From: a candidate division WOR-3 bacterium
GTDB taxonomy: Bacteria; Hydrothermota; 32-111
Direction of reading: 5' to 3'
Assembly (NCBI GenBank): GCA_037481815.1
Contig: JBBFKX010000002.1
Coordinates: 367,647 to 431,646, forward strand
Length of the DNA: 64,000 nucleotides
The notes under the pieces are model-generated. The model did no database searches. It was not told the origin of the DNA and was given only the letters and a program-made list of their open reading frames with translations. Both the position numbers and the translations under genes were made by a program. The stretch's first letter is position 1. Each line of letters starts with the position of its first letter. Shown here piece after piece: positions 21,033 through 30,310 of this stretch.

Positions 21033-21192
21033 GTTTTTTTGCCTTTTCTATCAACATTACAGGAATATTGTTTTTTATTTCATAATATATACCATCTTTT
21101 TTACATATAAGAATATCCCTTTCCTCATCGTAGATGAGTTCTCCTTTACATTTCGGGCATATCAGAATATCAAGTAATCTTTTGTCTATCAT
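21019..21192 (-). CDS. Trm112-family (UPF0434/YcaR-like) small protein
   Basis: Hand translation MIDKRLLDILICPKCKGEL...LICKKDGIYYEIKNNIPVMLIEKA (57 aa); below the ORF-track cutoff. Confidence 0.9.
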   Translation of the reverse strand: MIDKRLLDILICPKCKGELIYDEERDILICKKDGIYYEIKNNIPVMLIEKAKKLDEK

Positions 21193-22289
21193 TATTCCTC
21201 CTTAATATAAATATCTTTAAAATCAAATGGAAATTTATTGATAACAATAATCGCTGCCAGAACCTTTTCGTTTAAATCTTTTATCATCAAAATTTTGTTT
21301 ATTTTTGTATACTTTGAATGAAATGAAAACTTTCCCAATTTACAAACCATTTCATAATCTTCATCAAGATCAACATCTTTAAAATTAACATTGTACAGAT
21401 CACCTTTTTTTTCAACAAAAAATTCTTTCCCATATATTGTCAACATCTTTTCCTCTTTTAAAACTGTGTTTCTCAAATCAAAATTCATGTAAAGGATATC
21501 GTTCCCTTCATTATCAGGCGATACATACTTGAATCTGTAGAATGAAAGAGAATCCTCTAAAAGTATGTTTACATCAAAATTAAATTTTTTGATATCAAAG
21601 TTCAAATAAACTCTGTTGTTCTGGATTTTTCCAAGATCAGATTGAACAAATCTTTCGTTCAGAATTTCAATATCTTTTCTGTTTCCAAACACATTTATAC
21701 TCGTTTCAAAATATTTATCTTTAAATTTAATGTTTCCTATATCTTTGAATTGTATATTAACCTGAAAATTCTTTTTCTCAACCAAAGTTACAAAAATTTT
21801 TTTCTTCTGAGGGTAATAGTAAAGAAAACCTTTCTGGAGATAGTTGGTAGGATCCATTAACGCTGTATTGACTTTGACATCAAAAATGTATGCTCCATTT
21901 TCAAAAGATTTCAATTCCATATTTTCTTTATCTATGATATTTTCTATAAAAAGTGGTATATCAATGATATCATCGGTTTCTTTTTTAAGATCTCTTCTTC
22001 TGATCCATTCTTCTCCCGTAAATATATGATCGTAGAAATTTTTCTGATCCAATATATTAAAATAACCTTTTAAAGTGAACCTGTTTAAAGGATCTTTTTC
22101 ACCTTTGAAGGAAACATCTAAAAATTCATGCTTTATCATGATATTGTATTCATAAGTTGATAGAAGTATATTTTTTATTTCGTTTTTGAGTAAATTTTCA
22201 CTTTTCTGTGAAGTTATTTGAGTTGTATCATACTTTTTTACACATGATAAAAAAATTAACAACAAAAAGATTGGCAAGAATTTTTTCAT
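21192..22289 (-). CDS. Hypothetical lipoprotein
   Basis: MKK-hydrophobic-LSC lipobox; overlaps neighbours. Confidence 0.65.
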   Translation of the reverse strand: MKKFLPIFLLLIFLSCVKKYDTTQITSQKSENLLKNEIKNILLSTYEYNIMIKHEFLDVSFKGEKDPLNRFTLKGYFNILDQKNFYDHIFTGEEWIRRRDLKKETDDIIDIPLFIENIIDKENMELKSFENGAYIFDVKVNTALMDPTNYLQKGFLYYYPQKKKIFVTLVEKKNFQVNIQFKDIGNIKFKDKYFETSINVFGNRKDIEILNERFVQSDLGKIQNNRVYLNFDIKKFNFDVNILLEDSLSFYRFKYVSPDNEGNDILYMNFDLRNTVLKEEKMLTIYGKEFFVEKKGDLYNVNFKDVDLDEDYEMVCKLGKFSFHSKYTKINKILMIKDLNEKVLAAIIVINKFPFDFKDIYIKEE

Positions 22290-22666
22290 AGTTTGAATCT
22301 TTTTGGAAAGAGTTCGGAAAATTTGTATTCTTTTTTTTCAGTATTCGAAAAAAGCACAATTTCAAAATCATCTTCAACAAACTCAGACATAACCTGCAAA
22401 CATGCACCACATGGTATTGGAAGAATATCAGAGTCAGCATACACATAAATTTTTTTAAATCTTCTTTGACCATCCGTTATTGCGTTAAAAAGAGCATTTC
22501 TTTCAGCACAAATGGTCAGCGAATATGAACCGTTTTCTACATTAACCCCATAATATTCTTTCCCTTTTTCCGATATCAAGATCGAGGAAACTGAAAATTT
22601 TGAATATTTGGAATAACTATTTTTGGAAAGTTCTTTTAACTTTGAAAATATCTTTTTTTCATCCAT
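22286..22666 (-). CDS. cdd: Cytidine deaminase (homotetrameric type)
   Basis: G.NVEN.SY, CAERNA, PCGAC. Confidence 0.95.
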   Translation of the reverse strand: MDEKKIFSKLKELSKNSYSKYSKFSVSSILISEKGKEYYGVNVENGSYSLTICAERNALFNAITDGQRRFKKIYVYADSDILPIPCGACLQVMSEFVEDDFEIVLFSNTEKKEYKFSELFPKRFKL

Positions 22667-22720
22667 TATTTTATTTTATATTGGATTTTAAGATAATTCA
22701 ATAAGGAACTAAAAAAACTA

Positions 22721-22749
22721 TTGACAAAATTATCTGTTGGATTTAATCT
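22721..22749 (+). promoter_or_regulatory. Sigma70-type promoter for the candidate sRNA
   Basis: TTGACA-17nt-TAATCT. Confidence 0.6.
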
Positions 22750-22755
22750 TTTATT

Positions 22756-22826
22756 GGAAGCAGGTCTAAAATTGTCGTAAACACTACACACTCAAAAAAC
22801 GACAATCCTGCTTCCTCTTTTTTTTT
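22756..22826 (+). ncRNA. Candidate ~70-nt hairpin small RNA of unknown family
   Basis: GGAAGCAGG/CCTGCTTCC outer stem, ATTGTCGT/ACGACAAT inner stem, CA-rich loop, T-tract, with its own promoter at the right spacing. Confidence 0.55.
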
Positions 22827-24081
22827 ACTCAAGCAAAATAAATTTAAAATCTTTCAAATATTTCAGAAGTGTTTTTGTAACTTTATCACTCTTCAAATTA
22901 TCGAGTTCCTTTATGAATTTCATATCGTAATCATAATCACCAAATATCAAATAATTGTAACCGAGTGCGAAACTTCTATTTGAAGTCCTTTCGTTATCGA
23001 GAAAAAATGATGTTTGATAGATATTCTTCATATCATCTATCTCTTCCTGTTTGATTCCTTCCTTTCTTACTTTTTCTATTTCATCTCTATAAAGTTTTAT
23101 AGCGGAATCAGGATAGAGTGTACTAACATAGAACACTCCATAGTTGACCAGTTTATTTGAAGCACCAACATACGCAGCATAAGTTAATCCATGCTTGGTT
23201 CTCAATGTCTCATAAACTCTTTTCGAAAGTATCGAAAGTCCCACTCTAACAGGGAGATATTCTTTATCTTTAACTGATGGAATTTTAAATTTGCAACCAA
23301 GATATTTTGTTTGTAAACCACCTTTTTCATATTTTAAAATAGTGTCTCCTTTACAGAGATCAAACTCTTTAACACCTTTTATTTTCTCAAATTTCCCATT
23401 TATAAACCCAAACTCTCTTTTAAAAAATTCTTCACTATCTTTGAAAGGAACTCCTGAAACAACACTTATCACAACTCGTCTGTTTGAGAGGATTTTTTTC
23501 AGGTGGTTATAAAGATCCTGTTCTTTCAGATTTTGCACCGTTTCAACATAACCTTCTGGATTTGAGATATATGGATGGTTTTTAAAAAAGTACTCGTTAA
23601 GTTTTAAATAGAGAAGTTCATCCGGATCCTCTTCTTTCGATTTGATCTCATCGATCATTCTATTCCTTTCCTTTTCCAAAACGGTTTCAGAAAAATCTGG
23701 TTCTTTGAGATTATCAGCGAAAATTTTTGTAACATCAAAAAGGTATTTGTTCAGAGTTGAAAAAGTAAAGGACGAGTAGTCGTATGAATTATCATAGGAT
23801 ACATTCACAAAATACTTATCCATCAATTCATTCATTTCCGTTTCCGAATAGTTTTTACCACATTTTTCTATCATCCTAAAAATTATATTTTCTATGCCTG
23901 ATTTTTCATAACCATAGTTAGCACTTCCTCCTTCAATAAATATTGATACAGAGGAAATATCATTTTCAGGAACATACTTGTATAAGAGTTCGAGATTTTT
24001 TGAAATCCTTTCTCTATAAACTTCTGAAAATGAAAAAATGAAAATCATTATTATGAAAAAAACAAAAAATATCTTTTTCAT
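22825..24081 (-). CDS. M16 peptidase family, non-catalytic subunit
   Basis: M16 features (LR.KHGLTY) but no HxxEH; paired with an active subunit. Confidence 0.85.
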   Translation of the reverse strand: MKKIFFVFFIIMIFIFSFSEVYRERISKNLELLYKYVPENDISSVSIFIEGGSANYGYEKSGIENIIFRMIEKCGKNYSETEMNELMDKYFVNVSYDNSYDYSSFTFSTLNKYLFDVTKIFADNLKEPDFSETVLEKERNRMIDEIKSKEEDPDELLYLKLNEYFFKNHPYISNPEGYVETVQNLKEQDLYNHLKKILSNRRVVISVVSGVPFKDSEEFFKREFGFINGKFEKIKGVKEFDLCKGDTILKYEKGGLQTKYLGCKFKIPSVKDKEYLPVRVGLSILSKRVYETLRTKHGLTYAAYVGASNKLVNYGVFYVSTLYPDSAIKLYRDEIEKVRKEGIKQEEIDDMKNIYQTSFFLDNERTSNRSFALGYNYLIFGDYDYDMKFIKELDNLKSDKVTKTLLKYLKDFKFILLE

Positions 24082-24082
24082 T

Positions 24083-25429
24083 TTATTCTCCCTTTAAAAA
24101 TGATAATTTTTCCTTATAGGTTGTTGAATCTGTTAAAAATCCTTCCATATAATAACCATTCGAAATATATTTTGATACAGCAGATATTATGTCTTCTTTT
24201 GAAATGTTTTTTATTCTTTCGTTGTAGTTCTTAAAATTCTCAACACCTCCAACACACCACCAGTAACCAAGTGTCAAAGCAAAAGATAAAGATGATTCAA
24301 GTCGTCTAAAAGTGTTTACTTCTCCATATTCTTTTGAGTGTTGTAGAAGGTTGCTATCATAATAATCCGGCGTATTCAATTTCTTTATGTGCTCAAAAAG
24401 AATCTTTTTGACAGTGTCGATATTTTCACCTCTGAGATCAAGATAGAATGAAAACTCTGAACCGTCTTTTAAACCAGAATATCCAACATAATAGTTGTAG
24501 ACGAGTCCACTCTCAACAAGATCCTTATAAAGTTTTGATGATGTTAAAGAAAGATAATCTGAAAGCAGATCCAAGGCATAAGGTTCATTCGAATTCCCAT
24601 CAAAATTTGGCGCTCTGAAGGATAGGAGATATTTTGTTGTAGCCACCTTATCAACTATGATAAACTTCTTGTTTTTTTCAAGAAGTGGATGTGATGGAAA
24701 ATCGAATTGAACATCCTTTCCCTTTTCCCATCTTTCAAAATATTTTTTTACACTTTTTTCTGTTTTATCAAAATCTATATCACCAACGATCACCAGAGCA
24801 CAGTTGTTGGGTATATAGTACTTGTTTTTTATCTCATACATCTGCTCTCGGGTCGCATTCGCTATCACATTTTTAAAACCTATAGTATTCTTTCTGTAAA
24901 AATATTTCTCATACATAACAGAGTCAGCCGTCTGGTAAAACTTATAAAATGGGACCGAAAAATCTCGATCGAACTCATTCAAAACAACATTTCTTTCCTT
25001 TTCAAGTTCCACAGAATCAAACAAAGGATCCATTATAGCGTACGACATGAATTCAAGTCCTTCATCGATATTCTTAGAAGGCAGGGTAAAATAGTATCTA
25101 ACCGATTCGTTCGATGTCATTCCGTTATAGATTATGCCCAGTTCTCTGATCCTTTTGTTGTACTCTTCTTGACTCTTCCACTTCACATTACCTTTAAAGA
25201 ACATGTGTTCATAGAGATGGGAAAGTCCACAGTTTTCAGGTGTTTGTGTATACGATCCATTTTTGACTGCGATCTCGATTGTTACAATCGGTTGAGTTCT
25301 TGTTTTCACCATCAACACTTCAAGTCCATTATCAAGTTTAATGCTTTTGTAATCCCTTTTATAGAGTGTTTCAGAAAAAATTAAAAATGATAGAAAAATT
25401 GTAATAACAAGATAAAAAGATTTTTTCAT
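24083..25429 (-). CDS. M16 (pitrilysin-like) zinc peptidase, catalytic subunit
   Basis: GLSHLYEHMFFKG (HxxEH), NG.TS, ERNVVLNE. Confidence 0.92.
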   Translation of the reverse strand: MKKSFYLVITIFLSFLIFSETLYKRDYKSIKLDNGLEVLMVKTRTQPIVTIEIAVKNGSYTQTPENCGLSHLYEHMFFKGNVKWKSQEEYNKRIRELGIIYNGMTSNESVRYYFTLPSKNIDEGLEFMSYAIMDPLFDSVELEKERNVVLNEFDRDFSVPFYKFYQTADSVMYEKYFYRKNTIGFKNVIANATREQMYEIKNKYYIPNNCALVIVGDIDFDKTEKSVKKYFERWEKGKDVQFDFPSHPLLEKNKKFIIVDKVATTKYLLSFRAPNFDGNSNEPYALDLLSDYLSLTSSKLYKDLVESGLVYNYYVGYSGLKDGSEFSFYLDLRGENIDTVKKILFEHIKKLNTPDYYDSNLLQHSKEYGEVNTFRRLESSLSFALTLGYWWCVGGVENFKNYNERIKNISKEDIISAVSKYISNGYYMEGFLTDSTTYKEKLSFLKGE

Positions 25430-26376
25430 CTATTCTCCTTTTTTGTATTCTGCTTATCAAAAACGAAAATTAGACCTCCAAACAAACTGTAAATCACAGA
25501 AACTATGAAAAATGTCAAAGAAAGTGATAAAATTTCTTCCTTTGTTGTCAACTTAAAAAAGTTTATGTAAGCCCATTCTCTTAGGCCAAGGCCATTGATC
25601 GTTATCGGTATCATCGAGATTATCGATATGAATGGAACATATATTATTTCATCAACCAACCGGACGGACAATCCCTGTGAAAGAACTATAAGATGGTTTG
25701 TAAAAACAAAAACAACTTGAATCATTATCGATAACAGAAGATTATAGAAAAGATCCTGTTTTCTATCTTTCACTATCCTTAATGAATATAGAAGGGAATT
25801 TATCCTATCACCAATTTTAAAAAAAGTAATTTTAGAAAAAAAAGATACAAAAAATGTGAAAATTTTATCAGAAATTAGAACCGTTAGAAACATAACAGAA
25901 GCTGATATTCCCGCTATAGATACATAAAGAAAATATTTCGTTATTCCATACTTGAAAAATAAAAGCGGTGTAATCGAAATGTAAACTATTATTCCCAAAA
26001 GTCCTATCCATCTTTCGATGATTATAGAAGAGATAACATCCGCAATCCTTTTCTGATCAGATACTATATACGCTCCTCTTATAAAATCCATTCCGACAGT
26101 TGATGGAAGAAAGTTGTTAAAAAAGAATGCAATGTTATATATCCTGAAAACTTTTGATAAAGAAACTTCAAAGTTATAAAGTTTCAACACAAGTTGCCAC
26201 CTGAGAGCAACAATAAAACAAACAAGGCCAACTGTTAAAACAGCAAGAAAAAGAAAGAACATGTTTGAATTTTTCAGGATGCTAAAAAGTTGTGAAGTGT
26301 TGACACTTTTCAATATAAAAAAGAGTATCAGAATTGTTATCAGTAATCTCAGTATTTGAAAAAAACTTTTTTTCAT
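25426..26376 (-). CDS. Lysylphosphatidylglycerol-synthase TM / UPF0104 flippase-like membrane protein
   Basis: RW..L, FFNNFLPS..G.D..R, ER, PITINGLGLRE. Confidence 0.85.
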   Translation of the reverse strand: MKKSFFQILRLLITILILFFILKSVNTSQLFSILKNSNMFFLFLAVLTVGLVCFIVALRWQLVLKLYNFEVSLSKVFRIYNIAFFFNNFLPSTVGMDFIRGAYIVSDQKRIADVISSIIIERWIGLLGIIVYISITPLLFFKYGITKYFLYVSIAGISASVMFLTVLISDKIFTFFVSFFSKITFFKIGDRINSLLYSLRIVKDRKQDLFYNLLLSIMIQVVFVFTNHLIVLSQGLSVRLVDEIIYVPFISIISMIPITINGLGLREWAYINFFKLTTKEEILSLSLTFFIVSVIYSLFGGLIFVFDKQNTKKENR

Positions 26377-26418
26377 TCATTAAAATATACTTCACTTTAA
26401 CTTTTTGTCAAGGTAACT

Positions 26419-27984
26419 TCAAAACAGGGAATAGTTTAAAAGCAAATAAAAACCATAAATATCCCTATTATTTTTAACAAGACCAACATTTGTTTTTACC
26501 ACTCTTTTGATAGACAAATTTAAACCGTAAACTATTCCTTCTCCACTTCTATATATTTTCAGAGGATAATAATTGGTAAACGAGTATTCGTATATAGAAA
26601 TATAGTCGGTTTCAAGGATTTTATAGGTATATATGTAGGTTGACAATTCAAAATCTTTATTCTTTACAAAAAGATCCATCTTTTGATAATTTGAATTTTT
26701 TTGGTTTAAAAAGAAAGTTAATTTTAACGATAATAAGTCATTATAACTTTTAAAAAATTCAAACTTCAAAGAACTTCTGTTTTTGTCGAGTAAATCGTAA
26801 GAAAATGTTGGCTTTACAAAATCAACAAATCTTATGGTTAAAGAATTTTTAAACTCCTCATAGTCACCCTTAACAAAATCTATTCTGTTTTCAAACCGTA
26901 ATCCTTTCCTTTTTGAAATATCAAAGAAAAATCCAAAAAAATCTTTTTCTTCTATATCGTTTGAGTGAAGGTTAAAAAATCTTTTATTCAAAATAAAACC
27001 AGAAGAAGTCATAAAATCTTTATTCTCATTTTTAAGACATAAGGACAAGGAATATCCTCGGTTTGGATAAGAAAATCCAAAATCGTAGGAAAAAAGTGAA
27101 AATTGACCAAAAGAAGAAAATACAATATTTTTATCTGAATCGATCATATTAATTGTTTTGGAATAATCAGCAAAATATGTTGCAAAATTCAAACATTCTT
27201 TCTTATGATTGAATAAAAAACCGAAAGAACTCTCCCTTAAATTGTTATCCCTTGACATCGAAAGGGAATCATCATGAATGTTGTAGGTCAAAATTTTTTT
27301 AACGTTATTCAAACTATCAAGTATACAATCATAATAAACATTACTCAGAAATGGAATGATAATATAATTTTTTAATAAAAATCGTTTAGCCAAACCGAAA
27401 AATGATGGATATTCACTGTAAGAATCATCCAATTCTATTCTGTTAGAATAAAAAACTCTATTCAGAATGTTTTCATAATTTGTGCTGGTAGAGAAAAGTC
27501 CTCTTCCTGTTTTCAGAACATAGTTACCAGCGATAAGATCTTTATATGTTGCACCAAATTTAATATTGTCATAGAATCTCTTTTCTCCAACATCTTTTTC
27601 AGTAAGAAGAAAAAAATCAAAATTTTTGTATCTTCCAAACATCTTAAAAAAGTTCTTGTTATTAAGCGAAAAAAGTGAATCAAGATTTACCCCAAGATCC
27701 ATTTTAAAAAACTTTTGTTCTTTGCTAAGATTTTTTTCGATAATTTTAGAAACGATCTGATTTCCTGTTATTTCAAATAGTTTTCGATAGGTTATATTTT
27801 CTTTTGAATAGTAAAAACTTTTAATTTCATCTATTTCGCTTTCGGTTAAAAAACCTTTCAGATCTTGAATTATGAAATCAAAGGAATCCACAAAAATTGA
27901 AACTTCATAAAACTCTTCTTCCTGTGATACCAAAATATTCAAAAGAATGGTTAGTAAAAATATCAAACTAAAATATTTTTTCAT
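26419..27984 (-). CDS. Secreted, probably outer-membrane beta-barrel hypothetical protein
   Basis: Signal peptide from ATG 27984; EKDVGE and GNY.L..G.GL motifs; aromatic C-terminus. Confidence 0.55.
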   Translation of the reverse strand: MKKYFSLIFLLTILLNILVSQEEEFYEVSIFVDSFDFIIQDLKGFLTESEIDEIKSFYYSKENITYRKLFEITGNQIVSKIIEKNLSKEQKFFKMDLGVNLDSLFSLNNKNFFKMFGRYKNFDFFLLTEKDVGEKRFYDNIKFGATYKDLIAGNYVLKTGRGLFSTSTNYENILNRVFYSNRIELDDSYSEYPSFFGLAKRFLLKNYIIIPFLSNVYYDCILDSLNNVKKILTYNIHDDSLSMSRDNNLRESSFGFLFNHKKECLNFATYFADYSKTINMIDSDKNIVFSSFGQFSLFSYDFGFSYPNRGYSLSLCLKNENKDFMTSSGFILNKRFFNLHSNDIEEKDFFGFFFDISKRKGLRFENRIDFVKGDYEEFKNSLTIRFVDFVKPTFSYDLLDKNRSSLKFEFFKSYNDLLSLKLTFFLNQKNSNYQKMDLFVKNKDFELSTYIYTYKILETDYISIYEYSFTNYYPLKIYRSGEGIVYGLNLSIKRVVKTNVGLVKNNRDIYGFYLLLNYSLF

Positions 27985-28510
27985 CCTTTTCAAAAAATTC
28001 CCATAAGAGCAGAGCCGCAAGTGTTTTTCCATCGATTATACTTTCTTTCAGAATGAATTTTTTTATATCTGCTCTTTTTATTTTCAGCACCTGAATGTTC
28101 TCATCAAAATCTTTTTCCTTTTCCTTTTCAACAAGATCCCTTGCAAGAAAAATGTGCAGAACCTCATTTAAAAAACCTGGGGACGATGCAATACTTTTTA
28201 ATTTCTGGATATTGTTTGAAACAAAGCCTATCTCCTCTGATAATTCCCTATTGGCTGCTTCAACTGGATCTTCATCATCTTCAAGTGTGCCTGCGGGAAG
28301 TTCTATCATATCTTTTTTGAAAGGGTATCTGTACTGTTTAACGAAAAATACTGAATCAGTTTTTTCATCAAAAGGGATAACAGCGACAGAACCTCTGTGT
28401 AAAACAACCTCTCTGACACTTTCCCTTCCAGAAGGGAGTATAACTGTATCCTTTTTCAAACTCAATATTCTTCCAGAATAGATCAGTTCTGAATTTTTAG
28501 TTTTTTCCAT
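27968..28510 (-). CDS. nudF: NUDIX hydrolase, ADP-ribose pyrophosphatase type
   Basis: KQYRYP, ELPAG.LE..EDP..AANREL.EEIG, SPGF. Confidence 0.9.
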   Translation of the reverse strand: MEKTKNSELIYSGRILSLKKDTVILPSGRESVREVVLHRGSVAVIPFDEKTDSVFFVKQYRYPFKKDMIELPAGTLEDDEDPVEAANRELSEEIGFVSNNIQKLKSIASSPGFLNEVLHIFLARDLVEKEKEKDFDENIQVLKIKRADIKKFILKESIIDGKTLAALLLWEFFEKDEKIF

Positions 28511-29534
28511 TTTGATCTCCAATAATGGTTTGTTCTTTTAACTTTTCTATACTTTTTTTACCAATTCCTGGCAATTTTTCGAGTTCATCATACGAATTTA
28601 TTCTACCATTTATCAATCGATAAATATATATTCTTCTTAAAACAGTTTTACCCAGTCCTTCAAGAGACAGAATCTCCTCATAAAAAGCTCTATTTAAATC
28701 GATTTTCTCGTTTTGAACAAAACCTTTTATCCTTTTTATTTTAAGAGGTATATCGAAAGAAACTTTATTGGTTTTGATTTCAGGTAAATCATAATATCTG
28801 TTTGCTTCATAAAGAGAAAATCTGATATCATTGGAATTTGAAAAATATGGATGAACAAAAGTCGAATAATTTATAAAATAAGGAAATCTTGTAAACTCTA
28901 AACCAAAAAAGATTCTTTTTTCACTATCAAAAGATAGATTCACTGAAATATTATCAAATAACCTATATACAACTCTTCCTGTAAAAACGTAACCATTCCA
29001 ATAACAGGTTTGAAATTGTATATCAAGTTCATTTTTTAAGTATCCAGTTAAAAAGATTGAGTGATTCTGATCTTTTTTCAGAATATAAGAGGAGATTGTA
29101 TAAAAACCCCCATGCCTGATCATACCCGAAATGATCATACCATATTTTACTTCGTTAACACTATCACAAAAATCTATAAAATTTATATATGGTGAAAATC
29201 CAATTTTTAGATTCATCCTGCTGTAAGCAATTTTAAAAGAAAAACCATAACCTTTGTACACACTGTTAAAATCAGATATAAAAAGATGCCCAAATGAAAT
29301 GTTTTTAAAGTTGTAATTTGAAAGGGAATAGCAATTGTTTAAATCTTTTATAAAAAATCTATTAGAGCATCCAAAAGTCAAATAGTTGTATGAGACATTT
29401 TTGTTCAGAGGTAAAAGATCTTCAGAATCGTTACAGAAATTAAAATCTGATGAAAAAAATGTTGTTGAAAATGTTTTGAGTTGAAAAAGTAGAATTAAAA
29501 AAATTAAACTTTCTTTTAATGCCACCCTTCCCAT
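28497..29534 (-). CDS. Secreted protein with C-terminal ComEA-like helix-hairpin-helix domain
   Basis: IDLNRA...L.GLGK...I..YR..NG...S..EL..LPGIGKK. Confidence 0.75.
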   Translation of the reverse strand: MGRVALKESLIFLILLFQLKTFSTTFFSSDFNFCNDSEDLLPLNKNVSYNYLTFGCSNRFFIKDLNNCYSLSNYNFKNISFGHLFISDFNSVYKGYGFSFKIAYSRMNLKIGFSPYINFIDFCDSVNEVKYGMIISGMIRHGGFYTISSYILKKDQNHSIFLTGYLKNELDIQFQTCYWNGYVFTGRVVYRLFDNISVNLSFDSEKRIFFGLEFTRFPYFINYSTFVHPYFSNSNDIRFSLYEANRYYDLPEIKTNKVSFDIPLKIKRIKGFVQNEKIDLNRAFYEEILSLEGLGKTVLRRIYIYRLINGRINSYDELEKLPGIGKKSIEKLKEQTIIGDQNGKN

Positions 29535-29572
29535 AAAATTATTTTAAAAAATAATAAAAAATTGTAAAGATC

Positions 29573-30310
29573 TTATTTTATTTCTTCGATTATTGAGTCA
29601 TGGATTTTTTTATCCTGAAAGTTATCAAAATCGGTTGTCTTAACTATTTCATTTATCAAACTATCATATAGTTCAAAATTTTTTTTCGCTTTATATGTTT
29701 CTGCAAGAAAAAATTTTCCGGTTATTGAGTTTTTATTTTTTTCTAAATATTTTTTCAAATAGATTTCTGATTCATCCAATGATTGCCAGTTTGTATAATA
29801 TGGTACTTTTGGTGTGATATAGTACAATCTTCCCAAAATTAGATAAGCTCCATAATCGTCTATATCCGGTTTTTTATCTATAACCTTTTCAGCATATTTT
29901 TTTATCCTGTTTGGTATATTCATTTTTATCGCATCCCAGATATTAGATGTCTCAGCATACCTTCCGTACAGAATTGATAAACAATAGTAAATCTCTGGAG
30001 AATTATCTTTTTTCAATAAAAGTTCAAGATCATCTAAGATTTTTTTGTATTCTCTTTTTTTAGTATCATTACACTTTTCGAAAAATTTATAATAAAGATC
30101 AAATAAAAGTATATACTCTACCAAATTATCCTGTTCTTTTAACAAACTTAAATCTTTTTCTCTTAAATTTTTCACATCTTCTATCAATTTTTCTTTGAAA
30201 AGTTTTTCATCATACAAAAGATTCTTATTTTTTTTGCAAAATTCAAAACCACCTGTAACATTATTCAAAACAGAAAGAATCAAAATGAAAAAGAAAAACT
30301 TTTTCATCAA
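29573..30310 (-). CDS. Secreted TPR-like helical protein
   Basis: Signal peptide; GAY.ILGRLY..TP; last gene of the TetR-MMPL operon. Confidence 0.55.
   Translation of the reverse strand: MMKKFFFFILILSVLNNVTGGFEFCKKNKNLLYDEKLFKEKLIEDVKNLREKDLSLLKEQDNLVEYILLFDLYYKFFEKCNDTKKREYKKILDDLELLLKKDNSPEIYYCLSILYGRYAETSNIWDAIKMNIPNRIKKYAEKVIDKKPDIDDYGAYLILGRLYYITPKVPYYTNWQSLDESEIYLKKYLEKNKNSITGKFFLAETYKAKKNFELYDSLINEIVKTTDFDNFQDKKIHDSIIEEIK

Noticed and set aside
22756..22826. Hairpin as SRP (4.5S) RNA or 6S RNA
   Set aside because: It contains GGAAGCAG and CAGGTC, but not in SRP helix-8 order or around a GNRA loop, and it is far too short for 6S.
24707..25384. 225-aa plus-strand ORF
   Set aside because: Entirely antisense to the M16 peptidase, with no recognisable motifs.
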